From: Octopus sinensis
Taxonomy: Eukaryota
Assembly (NCBI RefSeq): GCF_006345805.1
Contig: NC_043001.1
Location: 57,288,001 to 57,352,000, forward strand
Direction of reading: 5' to 3'
Length of the DNA stretch: 64,000 nt
Positions 10,421-25,300 of the stretch are shown here, one piece after another. A program made the translations under genes and the position numbers. Numbering within the stretch: the first letter of the stretch is position 1; the number at the start of each line of letters is the position of its first letter. The notes beneath the pieces were generated by a model. That model did not search any database. It was not told where the DNA came from and saw only the letters and a program-made list of their open reading frames with translations.

Positions 10421-13304
10421 CCTTTCATTTTCTCCACAAAGTATTTCAGCACTTGCGCCGAAAATAAAAAGGATTATGATTGTTGTTGTTGTTGTACTTG
10501 TTGTTGCAGCAGCAGCAGATGTAGTAGTAGTAGTAGTAGCAGCTGCAAAAATAGCTGTTGTTGGTGATGGTGATGGTGATGTTAACGTTGTAGTATAACA
10601 ATGATGATGATAATGACAGTGGCTCTGGCGATACTAATTATGTTGACTGCACAATTAAATCATTGAAGTGAAAGTCACTCGAAAGATAACAAAAAGTTGA
10701 GAGAGAAAATGAAATTGGGAGAGAAGAGGGTGAATAGAGGTAAACCAGAGTGGATAAAGCAATGAATAAAGAATAAGGAAAGAAAGAAGTAAATAAAGAA
10801 TGGAGGGAGAGAAAGAGAGATTCAGAAATGGAGAGAGACTGCAAGTGGAGAGCAGAGATGTAGTAGATACAAGCAACGAATCCAAATTTATCATAAATCA
10901 GTGGAGAATAGAAATGAAATCATACTGTGAATGAAATGAAATAATTCTTTGAGTAATATGGCGATTAGAATGGCGCCTAAACCACGCAATAGATATAAAA
11001 CAGTCCACCAACGTAATGATACATCTGGAATTGTAGAGAAACGAAAGCCGTAAAGAAAAATAGGAAAAATGAAGTCGATATAGTTGTTTATGGATTACAA
11101 CGGTATGATAAATGGAAATATATGATGTTGTGGAGTGAAGGTTGAAAAAAAAAACAAAGAAAAGAAGGCAAAAAAGAAATAAGCTACTACTTGTACTACT
11201 ACTACTACTGCTACCAGTACTACATGCTGTTGCTGCTGCTGCTGCTGCTACTACTACTACTACTACTACTACTAATACTACTACCACTACTACTACTACT
11301 ACATAATTAACAACAAGAATAAGGAGCATTTATGAATGTGTTTAACCTCCTCGTCCACCTACGCGTAATTGTCGTCGTCATGGTCCTCCTCTTCCGCCTC
11401 CTCCTCCACCTCTCCATCATCATCATCACCATCATCATCAAAACGAGAAAATCAAGATAAAACTAATAAAATGTGACTGTAAAATATATAAATAAATAAT
11501 AACATAAATGATTTGAAATACGGCGTTCGAGAATCTATAAATATATCTTATTGCTTTAAGATAAAATGTCACTGCGGCGACTACTACAACTACCAATAAC
11601 AACATCAGCAACAACAATCAAAGCATATGATTTAACAGCAGAAATGATGGTTTCGTGATCAATCCCGCCATGCTGGGCGGCGAATATCTTGAGAGTGTAA
11701 CAGATCGAAAATATTTGCTTTTATCAGAGAAACAAAATTATCAACATGATGATGGTGGTGATAGTGGTGAAGGAGTTGGTTTACTATGGCTTGTTGTAGT
11801 TTCTATCCCTGTTGTAGTTTTTAGTTAACATATCTCCTAACACAGAATTACCAGGCAGCCTTTTTTTCCCGGATTATACATAGCGCTTTGCTTTCATTTA
11901 ATGCACAATGCAGTATCATTTTTCTTTTTGGTGTGGTTGTTATTATTCGTAAATTAGCTATAATCGCTCTGCTTTTCACATGTTTCCATCCTGTATTTCT
12001 GATTATCAGCGACTATACTTTAATACATATCACTTACACATTAATCTAGATTGTGACGGAAGGATGTTTTGATGATATTTCTTGCATATCGATTGATAAC
12101 GCAGACGCCTTCTCCGTTAGCTCAAGGAAAGCTTGTGTTTTTAATGTCACTCTAGACAAACCTCTGTATAAAAAAGGGCAAAAGTACATAGCTGACAAGC
12201 ATCTGAACTTTTTGATATATCATAGTCTATATATATTTATTTAAGAACGTTTAATGTATTGGACTGTAATGTATTGTTGACTTTATTTTTATTTTTGATC
12301 ACGTGCATCATGTGTACAGACCCCAGTTTCAATCAATCGGGGTCCAGTTTTAACGTGGTAATTTCTAGATTTCTTCAGCGACCTTGTTAAAAACAACCAT
12401 TTTTGGTGCAATGAGGTATAGAGAATGAATATACCCCTGGCTACGGTCCTCGACAAATTCTGCTCTGAAAGTTATTTCCATGGCTTCATACTCAGAGCAG
12501 CGCAATTTTCAGGGTCATGTACACACTAGGAGATGATAACTGAATGAATGGTATACATTTTTGCAGCAATGTGCAAATCAGTTTAATCATTGAGATTTTC
12601 AACTCCTGTAAATCCTATGTTCTTATAAGTTGACGATGTGTGTTTTTCATGAAGCTTTGCAGAATCGTTGCAATAAATGGCTGTATAACTGTACCGAGTC
12701 TTGTCAGAATTAACGCTACAGTGGGTAAGCGATAACATACTTGATTCGAACGTTAGCTGATCTTCCTTCATGTGATGGAAGACCATCAAAAGAAACAGAA
12801 AGAATATAATGATTTTATTTATTGATGGTGATCTTATTGTTCTTCAAGCAACATGTACTCTTGATCGATTAGTTATATGTTCAAGGACAAAATACCTGCA
12901 ACCTATAGTTTTAGTCCATCCTTAATTGCTTTAGACATGTGTGATTTGAAAGAGAATTGATTGCAACTTTTGAGAAAGTAAATTAACTGCGAATCCCATT
13001 GACTGTAATTGGAATCGCTGATAATGAATATAATAAAAGTATGATAATTTATAATACGAAGATGCCGAATAGACTATATTGAGCAGGATAATCTGCTGTA
13101 CTGTGAGTAGTATAAACCCTGATGAGAACTGTAGTCATCGATATCTATACTGCTTCGTTGAAATTTTTCAATCTTCCAGTCCATTGCTGTCTACTATTAT
13201 TAGGTTACAGGCATAGCTTAAGTGTTAAGAAATTCTGTTCATATTCATGCTGTTCCGGATTCAATACAGCTACATGATATCTTCTACTACTACTACTACT
13301 ACCT

Positions 13305-13355
<51 letters not shown>

Positions 13356-13494
13356 ATAATAATAATAATAATAACAATGCTGTTGCTGCTGCTGCCGCCG
13401 CCGTTGCCGATCGAGACGAATATGATTTCTAAATTAGAATAGCATCAAATAGTATTTTGCACTGATGAGTGACATTCAAATCAACTACAGTAGA

Positions 13495-14833
13495 CAGGGT
13501 GCGGTAAATAAATTGTCGTCTAAATTACACCAAAAATAAAAAAACAAAAATAACACTGGAATTTCATTTTAACAGTTATTCATTTATTCTTTTATTCTTT
13601 TACATGTTTCAGTCATTTCATTGTGGCCATGGGTGATCACATCCTTTAGTCGAACAAATTGACCCCAGGACTTATTCTTTGTAAGCCTAGCACTTTTTCC
13701 ATGGGTCTCTTTTACAGAAACGTTAAGCTATGGAGGCGTAAATACACTATCTGTTGTTAAGCGATGGTGGTGGGGCAAACACAGACACACAAATACACGC
13801 ATATATGTAAATATATATACATATACATACACACACATAGACACACACACATACACACACACGTACACACACACACATACACACGCACACACACATATAC
13901 GGCAGGCTTCTTTCAGTTCGCGTCTATGAAATTCACTCACAAGACTTTGGTCGGCCCGAAGCTATAGTAAACGACACTCGTCTAATGTGCCATGCTGTGG
14001 GACTGAACCCCGAACCATATGGTTGAGATGCAAGTTTCTTGCCACACAGCCACTCCACTGAAAATATCTTGAAATACTAAGAAGTAAATTTATTCAATAA
14101 AATCGCCAGTGGTTTCAACCACGGCCTCAAGACGATTTCCGATTCTCCTGCAACTCTTCTGCACGGTCTCCTTGTTTAAGTTGGTGAATACTGTCATAAT
14201 CCTTGCCTTTGGTTCATTTTTGGTGTTACAAGGTGTTTTTTGAACCCGCACTTAACTGCGCCTCACACATAATTATTAAGGGTGTTGCAGTCTGTTAGTG
14301 GTGATGCCGTCGCAGAACTTGTCTGACAGCCATGACTGAGTTATCCTACTTGTGTTGTATGGTGGAGAGACTTGTTTCCAGACATAGGGTCTTCCAGTAG
14401 CCACACTCTTGACCCAGGGCAGCACTACCTCCTCCAGGCACTTGATGTAGGCCTCCGTGTTGAGTATGAGGCCGTGTGGGAAGATGAATGGAGACATAAC
14501 GTCACCATCACTAGTGATCACTCCAAACACCATGATGTTTACTGGGTATTTGATCTTTACCACTCTCGGTACATGTCCTCATATTGCACTGTCCTCAGAA
14601 TGACAACCAAATACTCTGAAATATTCGAATTGGAGCTTCCGGCGTGAATGCCAAGTAGTACAGTATGTTGTTTCCAACTTTCTGGTAGAGTGGATTGCGC
14701 CAAGGTGCTGTTTTTCTCACATACGGTGCTCAACTGACCCTATACACTGTACTCGACAAAATCAAAAACAAACAATGTGCATGCGGGAAGAATTAAAATG
14801 ATAATATGGCGACACTTTTTCCAACGTACCCTG
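13495..14833 (-). mobile_element. Internally deleted Tc1/mariner DNA transposon (maT/DD37D-like), interrupted by a SINE
   Basis: Imperfect ~27 bp TIRs (CAGGGTGCGGTAAATAAATTGTCG / CAGGGTACGTTGGAAAAAGTGTCG). Transposase remnant MVFGVITSDGDVMSPFIFPHGL..YIKCLEEVVLPWV..GRPYVW and C-terminus KARIMTVFTNLNKETVQKSCRR..RLEAVVE..GDFIE*. Confidence 0.85.
13587..14056 (-). mobile_element. SINE family B, full length with internal (CA)n, nested in the maT element
   Basis: Minus strand reads GGAGTGGCTGTGTGG..GGTTCAGTCCCAC..GGGCCGACCAAAG..CCTGGGGTC..TGACTGAAAC. Confidence 0.85.
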
Positions 14834-15789
14834 TATTAAAATTACATGTTCCATACGCAATACCAATGACAAACCACTGGAGGTTCAACGTGATTTTGCA
14901 ACATCCCGAAGAAAGCTCAAAACATCTCAGCCGCGACCTGTCGACAATTCACGCATATATATTTGTGAATAAGTTAATCATTTGTTCATTCATCTCAGTC
15001 GAGAAGAAATATGTTTTACCACTTTCGAGACATGGCCGTTTTGTTATTTTACACAAAACCGTATTTATGACATTCTTGAAATATATAATCCTATTTTTAA
15101 CATAACACAGCTTAATTAATGGATATCTGGCTGCTATTTCTGAATTAGTTAAGCGACTATATAGAGGTGCCTTTGTGGGTGTAACCAAACGTAGCTGATG
15201 GACATTCTGCTGAAACTCTATGACGTATCTTACGTATAAATCGAAGAATGTAGATTTACTCGTAGTCAGAGTCTTTTTGTTGAGTGAATACCAACATTGC
15301 TACGTAACAAATATATCAAACGTATTCAAACATTTAGTATTCATTTTACACACCTATACTCGTATCTTCTCTGCAATTCAGTCTCATTGCCAAAGATAAT
15401 AAGCATTTACTGAAAGCGTCCTTCCTTTGGTAATCTCATCCTGGCTATTAAAATTCGGTGGGAACAATTTTAATTATAAGCCTTGAAAATGTTAATGTAG
15501 ACTGTTACATTTCAAGTAAATATAAGTGACGAAACTACACACAACGTAACATACAATTATTAACTTGCTTATCTTCTCAGATCTTGGTAAATATTTGAGT
15601 CATCTTTGCCAGTAATAAATACACACACTGTTCGTAATTATAGTTAAAACCGGAATCGGATGAAGCCGGTGGTCGTCTGCCTTGACGAGAATTAATTCTT
15701 AGCAGATATCGAAGAATTCAGTGAATTAATTGGCCGTAAGTGTGGAAAAAAAATCTAACGCATTTACTTCCTCCGTCATATTCTTGTGA

Positions 15790-15914
15790 TACACCGACAT
15801 ACACAAACACACACAGACACATACACACACACACACACACATATATATACAATACATACTTACATACTCATACATATACATATACATAAATAGATAAATA
15901 TATATATATGCATG

Positions 15915-15953
<39 letters not shown>

Positions 15954-16020
15954 CAGAATAAAAGAATATATACATACATATTTACATACATACATACATA
16001 ATACACACACACACACATAT

Positions 16021-16066
<46 letters not shown>

Positions 16067-16240
16067 AATTTATATACATACGGAGAGAGAGAAAGGAGAG
16101 CATTAGAATGACAGTCAGGAAGACAGGTGGGTAGACATGCAGACAGAGAGAGAGAGAAAGAGAAAGAAAGTCATAGATAGATGGGTAGATAAATACATAC
16201 ATACGCATAAATATACATTGCGTCAGGGAACTGCACCAGG
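15790..16240. repeat. Compound CA/TA/GA microsatellite
   Basis: Directly visible. Confidence 0.9.
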
Positions 16241-16565
16241 TCAACGAACTATGACAAAATAACTATGTTTGATACGTAGCATTCTTGGTTACAATTCCTA
16301 AACAGATCTATAAGTGGTCCACCCTGTTAACGGTGGTAAAATCGACAAACAATTATTTGTTTAATAAGTCTGAAAAAAATACCATACGGTTTTGGGTTTC
16401 AAACTGCTTATCGGTCTTGTTGCTGATACTTAAACCCATACACAAATACACACTCGCTCGAAGACATACACCCACAAAAGAAACACAAGCATGCATCTAT
16501 ACATACATACATGCATACACACACACAAACATAAACACGCACGAACACAGGCACACATACAGATA

Positions 16566-16597
<32 letters not shown>

Positions 16598-17059
16598 AAC
16601 ATACACACGCGCAAACACGCACGCGCACAAAAGCATATACACAGTTGGGGGTTCCACACAGACTTGGCCATTAATTGTAAGAAGTAACGTGGTAAGTTAT
16701 AATTTAAATAAGTGTTTATTTCACATAAGATGACCTTTCTGAAATCCTCCTCCCTGTATTGTTGAGCACCGAAATATCTTAGTTTTCGAATAAGCTATTA
16801 ACTCGTAGGATATTATCGTCTCAGATAATACATGCACATACTGACGCACACTCAAAGACACTGATGCACCCCTTCACAACTAAATGTGTGTGTGTTTGTG
16901 TGTGTGCATGTATATGTGTATACAGAACAGGAAAATATAAATACAGTATTCGCCAAACATGACACAAATGATACCCAAGTTGCAAATTCCCAGATCTCAG
17001 ACCAGTGTTATTATATACCCACTGCAGACAAGACCCTGACATTATTTTCATTTTGTAAC

Positions 17060-17279
17060 GCGATGAGCTGGCAGAAGCTTTAGCATGCTGGGTGAAATGC
17101 TTAGCGGTACTTCGTCTGTGCTTACGTTCTGAGTTCAAATTCCGCCGAGGTCGACTTTGCCTTTCATCCTTTCGGGATTGATATGTTAAGTACCAGTTGC
17201 GTTCTGGGATCGATCTAATCGATTGGTCCCTCCCCCAAAATGTCGGGCCTTGTAACAAGAGTTGAAAAGATAAAGATTA
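17060..17279 (+). mobile_element. SINE family A, full length
   Basis: A-box-like TGGCAGAAG, B-box GAGTTCAAATTCC, tail GGGCCTTGT. Confidence 0.9.
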
Positions 17280-17374
17280 ATTTTATCTTGTGATGGCACA
17301 TATCCATCCATCCATCAATCCATTCAACCATTCCTCCCTCCCGCCATCCATCCATACCCCTTTCTCTCTCTGTT

Positions 17375-17452
<78 letters not shown>

Positions 17453-17767
17453 CTGGCACTGCGTCGGTTACAATGACCAGCGTTCCTGTTGATCCATACA
17501 ACGAAACAAACTGCACGTGAAATTAACGTGCCAGTGACTGAGCACTCCACAGATAAGTGTACCTTAAACGTAGTTCTCAAAGAGACTAGGCGAGACACAG
17601 AGTATGACAACACCGGCCCTTTGAAATACAGATACTACTCATTTTTGAACAGGAGCAACGTGAAATGAAGTGTCTTGCTCAATGACACAACGCGTCGCCG
17701 GAAATTGAGCTCACGCCCTTACGATCGTGAGCCAAATACACTAACCACAATGCCTCGTGCCTTCACA
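17453..17767 (-). mobile_element. tRNA-derived SINE family E (tRNA-Val-like head)
   Basis: Minus strand reads GAAGGCACG..GTGGTTAGTGTATTTGGCTCACGATCGTAAGG..TGTGTCATTGAGCAAGACACTT; second copy at 50725. Confidence 0.8.
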
Positions 17768-17785
17768 CCAACACACCCACACACA

Positions 17786-17843
<58 letters not shown>

Positions 17844-20569
17844 CACACACACACAAAACAGACATTGTCAAGTTGTCACATTACTTTCAATTTCACTTGA
17901 CTCTTACAAAATTGAGAATAAATAGTTGGAGTGGAAGTAGTGAAACTGATCGAAAAATATTGAATATGTACATATAAACGTGCAAATGACTTTTCGTCTT
18001 TTTATCCCCAGCGAATAACTACTTTACTTGTAGTATCTAAAATACAATATGTGAAATGCATTTGTGTTTCTTTTTCCCTATATACACATTCAAATACATA
18101 TATTTGCTTACACAAACTCACATACATGTGTATGCTTATGAGTCAGTGATGAGTGGAAGTAGCTAAATCTAACATTCTGAAATTCGTTTGAGATCTTTAG
18201 CAATTGTCTTTTGCCAATAGAATCAAATAAGACCACAAAATTTGCGAGTGATACGAGGTGGGCAGTGATTGTGTTGCAGCGGGCTGGGTTGATTATAGCT
18301 GTTATGCGTAGCTCCAGCCTTGACACACAATATATCTCATTCATTAGTCATGACAATTATATTTCTGGAATGTTAATTCATTTATACATTAATCTAATGA
18401 TCAGGTAGTTAAGAGGACAGGATAATTATATGCACATCGTCGCACCTGATGAGATCCATTATTTTCTCTCAGTGACGATTTACTGGATATTTATAAAAAA
18501 CATTAAAAAAAGCTGAGAAAGAGGTGGTTCCAAATATAAATATATTGTTTAAAATATATTTCACCTGTTGTGACACATATTGTCTAGTCACAGATATTAT
18601 TTGTTCACACTCAGTTAAATTGATGAATGGATCAGTGGTCTGTTGGGAACCTGTAACAAACTATGATTTGTTCAGAAACATTTCATATAAAATAATAAAA
18701 CCAGTCACTGCATAGATCCTACTTAGAATTATGCGGATTTGATTGTAGGCGAATTTATATGGATCATACATCGATTTCAACGATGAGTAATCAGGCTTCC
18801 CTATCAGTGGGAGCAAATACGGATTGAAATAAATCATGACTAAGTATTCGACAGGCAGGTGTGAAGTTAACACAGTACTTAGTTTCACTGAGCTTAACAA
18901 TGTATGTGAAAATGCTTCTCATAAAAACATACTGTTAATTAGACTATTTTCACACAAGTTTTCTCAAGATAATTTCTGCCTAGTGTATCGCACGATTAAT
19001 TTGGTCAATGCAGAACTCAGCCGACCGAATCCCTACCCTCTGTATGGTGGAAAATAATTTTTAACTATTCGACCTTCACTGCGTTACTGAAAGTTTAAAG
19101 GTCAGATTCTACGACGTTGATAGGGCATGAGCGAACTAATTTTGTAGTACCCAACCCAGTCATATCCAGATGGTAAATGTCGTTGTTGATATTGTTTAAC
19201 TCCGACTGACAGACTTATGATTAAAATTGCTAGTGTCATGTCCATCAAATCCGTCTTCTGAACATAGCGTATCAACAAATACATACCACCCTTTTCGAGA
19301 CAGTAGTATGTAAATTACGTTAAACTTGGTAAATGCAAGTATATTTTTTCCCGCCTGTATGCCTTTTTTGGGTTTTAGTTGTTACCTATCTTATCATGTC
19401 GGACATTGTATAGCATAGAATGCAAAAAATCACATGACTGTGCTCTTCAATTCAATTGCTGACAAGACAGATAAACCAACAACGCTAAACAATCTTTAAA
19501 AAAAATTCAACTCTGTTCTTATTCAGATGATATGGCCTTGCATACATTATAAATTGGTAAGAGAGTTGAAGGACCTTAGGGAACCAAAGAATAGATTGAT
19601 GTACTAATAATATAAAAAATGTCCACCGTAGCATGCACGATATTGCTCAAAGAATGAATGTATGAATGATGTTGAAAATGAACAACTACCCAGTTTACGA
19701 AAATAGACAGGATTTGAAAGGAAAATCTTCAAGCACACAGACACGCACGTACAAAGACAGACACACTAAGATACTCTCACACATATACATATACACAAAT
19801 ATATAACATATATAAAAAATCACAAAAAGAAAAATATGAATAATCAAAAATAAATCCCTTAATACCTCGGGCTATGAAAAGAAAAAGAAAAAGCAAATAA
19901 ATATAAAACTAATCTTCAGTTATCCGAACAAGGTTTAAGATGATTTGTTTTTGCAAATATGGAGGTGACGATTTGAGTAAATTCTATATATTTGAGCGTA
20001 TGTGAGTGTATGTGTATTGGAATCTAGCACATAAACTATATACGGGCATATGATCATTTTTGTGTGCGTATCTATATATGTAGTTTCATTCCAAAAACAT
20101 GAGACAAGCAACCTCAAATACACATACAATCCTTTCGCTTACAAACATATAAAGACACACACGCAAAATACACAGAGACACTCACGCAAATACACATACA
20201 TTTAGAAATACACATATAAATAGAAAAGTAAGAGTGAGAGACCTACTCAACATCCTTATGTATGTTGATTATAAGAGCTGGACGTATGACACACGAAACA
20301 AATACACAAAAACAGCTACAAGCGAATATAACTAACAAGCCAAAAATGAGAAAAAATAAAAGAGAATAAAAACAGTAACGACAATGAAAATTGTGGGGTA
20401 GAGGGAAAGAAAAGTGGTGGAGGGGTGAAAACATAAAAAAATATATATATGGCAGCAGACTGGAAAATTTACAAAGAAATAATCAATCAAAGCTTTCAAT
20501 GGACAACTTGATGGAATTGTGAAAAAGTATCAGTCTCTCAAGATGTTATTCACACTCTCACGCTCTGTC

Positions 20570-20689
20570 TCTCAATATACATATGCACATATGTATATAT
20601 GTGCAGGCCTCTATATTTGCTGGAATATTCTAAATATATATACATATACATACATGCATACACACATACATACATATATAAATATATAT

Positions 20690-20768
<79 letters not shown>

Positions 20769-20800
20769 CATACGCACACACAAATACATGCACACATATA
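20570..20800. repeat. (TA)n-rich microsatellite
   Basis: Directly visible. Confidence 0.9.
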
Positions 20801-21162
20801 CGTAATGTATATGATATTGCTTTCATATGTATCTTCATGCATACACACAGATATCAACTATTTGACTATAGTCATTTTTCTTCTGATCAAAACCTAATAT
20901 TACAGATTGATTTGATCAGATAGGCGCTTTGTCAATCTCCCTCTGCTCTCCCTCTCTCTGTTTTACGTTCTCTTTTCGTCTCTATTCATTCTCTCTTTTA
21001 TTTTTTATTTTTCATTACCATCAACACTGCCACAGTCATCCTCGCCTTACTACATTAGTTGTTTCGTTGGTCATTTATCCCTCGCTATATTTGAAGACGG
21101 TTTCTGAATACAAATAAAGATTATGAATACCAAACACGCATATACGCAAGCACACACACACT

Positions 21163-21193
<31 letters not shown>

Positions 21194-21719
21194 ACACACA
21201 CGCACGTATATAGACAACACATGAATGGGTCTATTGAATTACTACATAGGGCAATCGCACTGATACGTTTACGGACAATCGTTCGCTCATTCCGCATTGC
21301 ACACATATATATATGCAGACGCAGATACACGTACACAGACACCAGTACACACACATACACACAAATGCAGGCACATACACACAAGCTAACTCATAGGACA
21401 CTGATGTTTAGTCATACATATTCAGGTCAACTCACTCTATATAGTTTCAAGTAAGAAATGCATAACAGTTGTTGACCAGTTTAACTTCTTCGCAAATTGA
21501 ATCAGTTAAAGTCAAACGAATAATCAAAATTCTGATGTTTGTGAGAATCATGGGTATTATAAGAATTTTGGGGATAATGATGATGAAGAAAAAGAAGAGT
21601 TAGATAATTATAGGTCATAAAACCCAAACCAACTATATTAGTAACAAGAATAACAATGGACGGATATACGGATATAGTTGTAAGCAGAAAGTTAACAATT
21701 TTTAGGTGAGGCGTTTAGT

Positions 21720-22380
21720 TAATAAGATCAACCCCAGTATGTAAGTTCTACTTATTTTTATCAGGCCAGAAGAAGTGAAAGTTAAAGTTGAGCTCCGCCG
21801 AGGTTTAAACTCACATTGTATAGCGCATGAACAAACACCGCAATGTCCTTTCCGTTGCGCAACCGAATCTACCAGCTCGCCGCTTTAATACTAATCCTTT
21901 TTGGTGAGGGGACTAGACGATTACACCGACTCCCAGGGTTTCACTGGTACATAATTTATCGACCCCGAAGGGATGAAAGGCAAAGTCAACCTCGGCGGAA
22001 TCTGAACTCAGGATGTGGCGAAAGGAGAAGTACACAGCGTGTTAACGATTCTGACAGTTCATCGACTTAATAAAACTTTCTACTATAGGCACAAGGACTG
22101 GAATTTTGCGGGAGGGGACCAGTCGATTACATCGACCCCAGCACGTAACAGATACAATTTTATCGACCTCGGCGGCATTTCAACTTAGAACGTGTAGGCA
22201 GACTAAATACCGCTAAGCATTTCACCCGGCGTGCTAACCATTCTGTCAGTTCGTCATCTTTCACCGCCTTAATAATGTTGGTAATAATAATATACATTCT
22301 AATAAAGGCACAAGGCCCGAAATTTTAGGGAAGAGCGATAATCTATTACATCGACCTCCGTGCTCAAATGGATCTTATTT
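21720..22380 (-). mobile_element. Stack of four family A SINE copies or fragments in the same orientation
   Basis: Repeated ATCGACC..GGCGG..GAACT..GCTAAC..TTCTG motifs separated by short AT runs. Confidence 0.8.
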
Positions 22381-22389
22381 TAGCATTCC

Positions 22390-25300
22390 CTCAAAATGAT
22401 AAAGGCTATGAATTGAGGAAAAAGCGAAAAGAAGCTGAAAAAGCTGATTTGCCATTCACCTGAGTCAGTGGGCAAGGGAACATTTTGGTTGAGACAATTT
22501 GCTTTGAAATCTGAAGAGAAATCGTCTTTACTTTCGAGACAAATATTACGTGATAAACTTATTGACACCGGAAAATCGTAGCGGAAATGTTTCTAGAAAT
22601 TCCAATACAACCAACCATTTTTTCTCACATAGAATTTCTAACATACAATCTACACCGCACACTGTTCATTCATCACACCAGAATCCATCATTTTTTCTTG
22701 TCAACCAATTTTTCGGAGACGTTTACATTCATGACAGTTTGAACTAACTAGCTTCGCAAAAACTAACAGCACAGATGCCAATGCCGTATTCACCACAAAC
22801 ATACATTATTCCTACAAGTCAACAAGTTCATATAATTAATCTCCAAGTTGGCGCATATGATTGTGGCCTTTTTCCCTGGCGTATGCATTTGAACTGATCA
22901 TTGGAGAAGTTTTTATTTGATCATTCATAAATGTGAGCACATTTAAGATTTTGCTTCGAAAACAATAAATTTGTTCCTGTTCCTAAAGTAAAGGTTTTTC
23001 AAATGTCTACAAAAAGCACAGAAGTCACTCACTTTCTATCACCCACCCCGAAATGGATTACTCCTAGAAATACCACTAAAAATTATATCTTCTCACATGA
23101 ACATTGAGAACAAATTTAAGCACCCAATAGGTTCTGTGTTTTAAGTGAAGATTTCGAGTAAAACCTCAAATGTTGATGATCGAATCTGGAATAATTGGAT
23201 TGAAAAGAATCCCAATTTATATCCAGATAAAGTTCGGGGTGGTCGACCACAAACACTACTGAAATTTGTTGAATCTTAGAGAAAGCCTTAAAACAAGTGG
23301 AAAGAAATCCTGGAACAACTTCACAAGTTCCCAACATTACGCACTCCGACGTCTAGCTAATAACGATTCTATTGTTATTAAAATGGCAGATAAGGTTGGC
23401 GCTATCGTAATTATGGACAAAAGCGAGTATATTTCGGCTTGTGAAGAAGTTTTAGATGACAAAACGTCATATAAATAATTACCTCTCAATCCAAACCCCA
23501 ATTACAAAGAAGAACTTGACAAAATAATTATAGAAATGGAGGAAAACAGTCTCATTAATAAGGTCGAATCCAAGATTTTACGGTCAGGAAGATCACCTGT
23601 ATTTTATGGTCTCCCTAAAATACACAAAAAGCTCGAAAGATTTCCTCCAATGCACCCAATTTGCAGCGGATATGAATGTTGAACGGCCAAAATTTCGGAA
23701 TGGCTGGATGGCTTTCTACTCCCCATCGCAAAACAATCAAGTTCCTATATTCGGGATACTTTTGATTTTGTGTCTAAAATCAACAACTTTTTTCGGCACC
23801 GAGTCCGTCTTGAGAACTGTTTTTTTTTTTTTTGGTAGCCATAGATGTTTCTTCCAATATCCCAATATTGACCACGATGAAGGGGTAGAAGCATGAATGG
23901 ATGCCTTCGAAAAGCAGTCAAACAAAACTATTCCACCAAATAACACAGTGAAGTTTAGACAAAGATTTTACCACCAAGCGAGGGGTTGTGCTATGGGTAC
24001 TCCCATGGCAGTTAATTTCGCTAATGTCTTCATGACGAATTTCGAGACACAGTTACTGACCGCATTCAAATCCCTTCATAGTCATGAACCAATATTCTTG
24101 ATTATGGTTCATTGATGACGTATGTTTTTGTCTGGGAAGGATCACAGGATAGTTTAATAGACTTCTTGCATTTCTGTGACTGTTATGCTAAAATCTATGG
24201 CTTTATGTCCAACATAAAATTTAGGTCTAGTTTTTCAAAAACTAGTGTTGAATTTTTGAACACAAAAGTCAAGTTTTCTTGGGGCAGAATAGTGACGGAG
24301 TTATTTTGCAAGCCCACGTCATCCCACATTTATCTCCACCGCTACTCCGATCATCCATATCATATTATTCAATCAAATCCGAAATCACAATTTTTTAGGA
24401 TAAAATGGATTTGTACTGACATAAGGGATTACTGGAAACATGCAAATGCTTTTGTACATCATTATGTCAAACGCGGTTACAGTGAATCATGATTAAAGGA
24501 AATAACGAATGGAATAGCTAATGAAGATTAGCAGAGATAGTCAAACTTGCACGCATAATTTTAGCAAACACAATACAATAGAAGACAGAATTCCTTTAGT
24601 AATTAACTGGCACCGAAATTTCGCTGGCATTTCAAAAGTGTTACTTGAAAGTTACCAGCATGTGGTGAAAAAAATAACCTGCTTTCAAACATATTTCCTC
24701 AGCCTCCTATTGTAGCCTTTAGAAGGAATAGGAATATAAGAGATTTATTGACCTCTATTTCTGACTCCAGGAAAAAGAACATTGGAGTATCTGCGCGCTG
24801 TACATTGAAAAACAGTCGCAAGAGAGGTAAGCCCTGTTCATTGTGCAACAACATGAGTCAAGTGAATTCCATCAGGAATCATGACAGAAATGTGATGATT
24901 TATACAGGAGGTGGGACATGTAAAGATTCCCATTTGGTGTACGCGGCAGAATGCACGACATGCAACTTGATTTATGTTGGTTTACAACAGAACAATTGCA
25001 CAAAAGGTTTAATGCGCACAGATTCGACATCAGGCACAACAACAGTAGTTCGACAGAACTTGCCGAACACTTCGTTTCAAACAGCAGCGATATTGAAAAC
25101 GATTTGAAAGTGCATATTCTCAGCAAATGTTCTGAATCTGCTTCAATTTCACTTCTCAGAATGCCCTGAAGGAATGAAAATAATAGGAGAATATCTTCAA
25201 ATTTATAAAAAACTGTTTCATTAAATATCTTTTTCCTTTTCGTCGTTCCACTTGTTTCTGTCTTCTTTTTTTCTGCTTTTGTCTTTACGCCTGTTATAAA

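Noticed and set aside
11340-11445. Pro/His-rich reading frame (PPPPPPLHHHHHHHH)
   Set aside because: Arises from CCT and CAT trinucleotide runs; no start or splice support.
17060-17140. SINE heads as tRNA genes
   Set aside because: They have A/B-box-like motifs but no complete cloverleaf, and they continue into SINE bodies.
13118-18460. Isolated CTGATGA matches (about 13118, 13462, 18446)
   Set aside because: No downstream stem II-GAAA or stem I.
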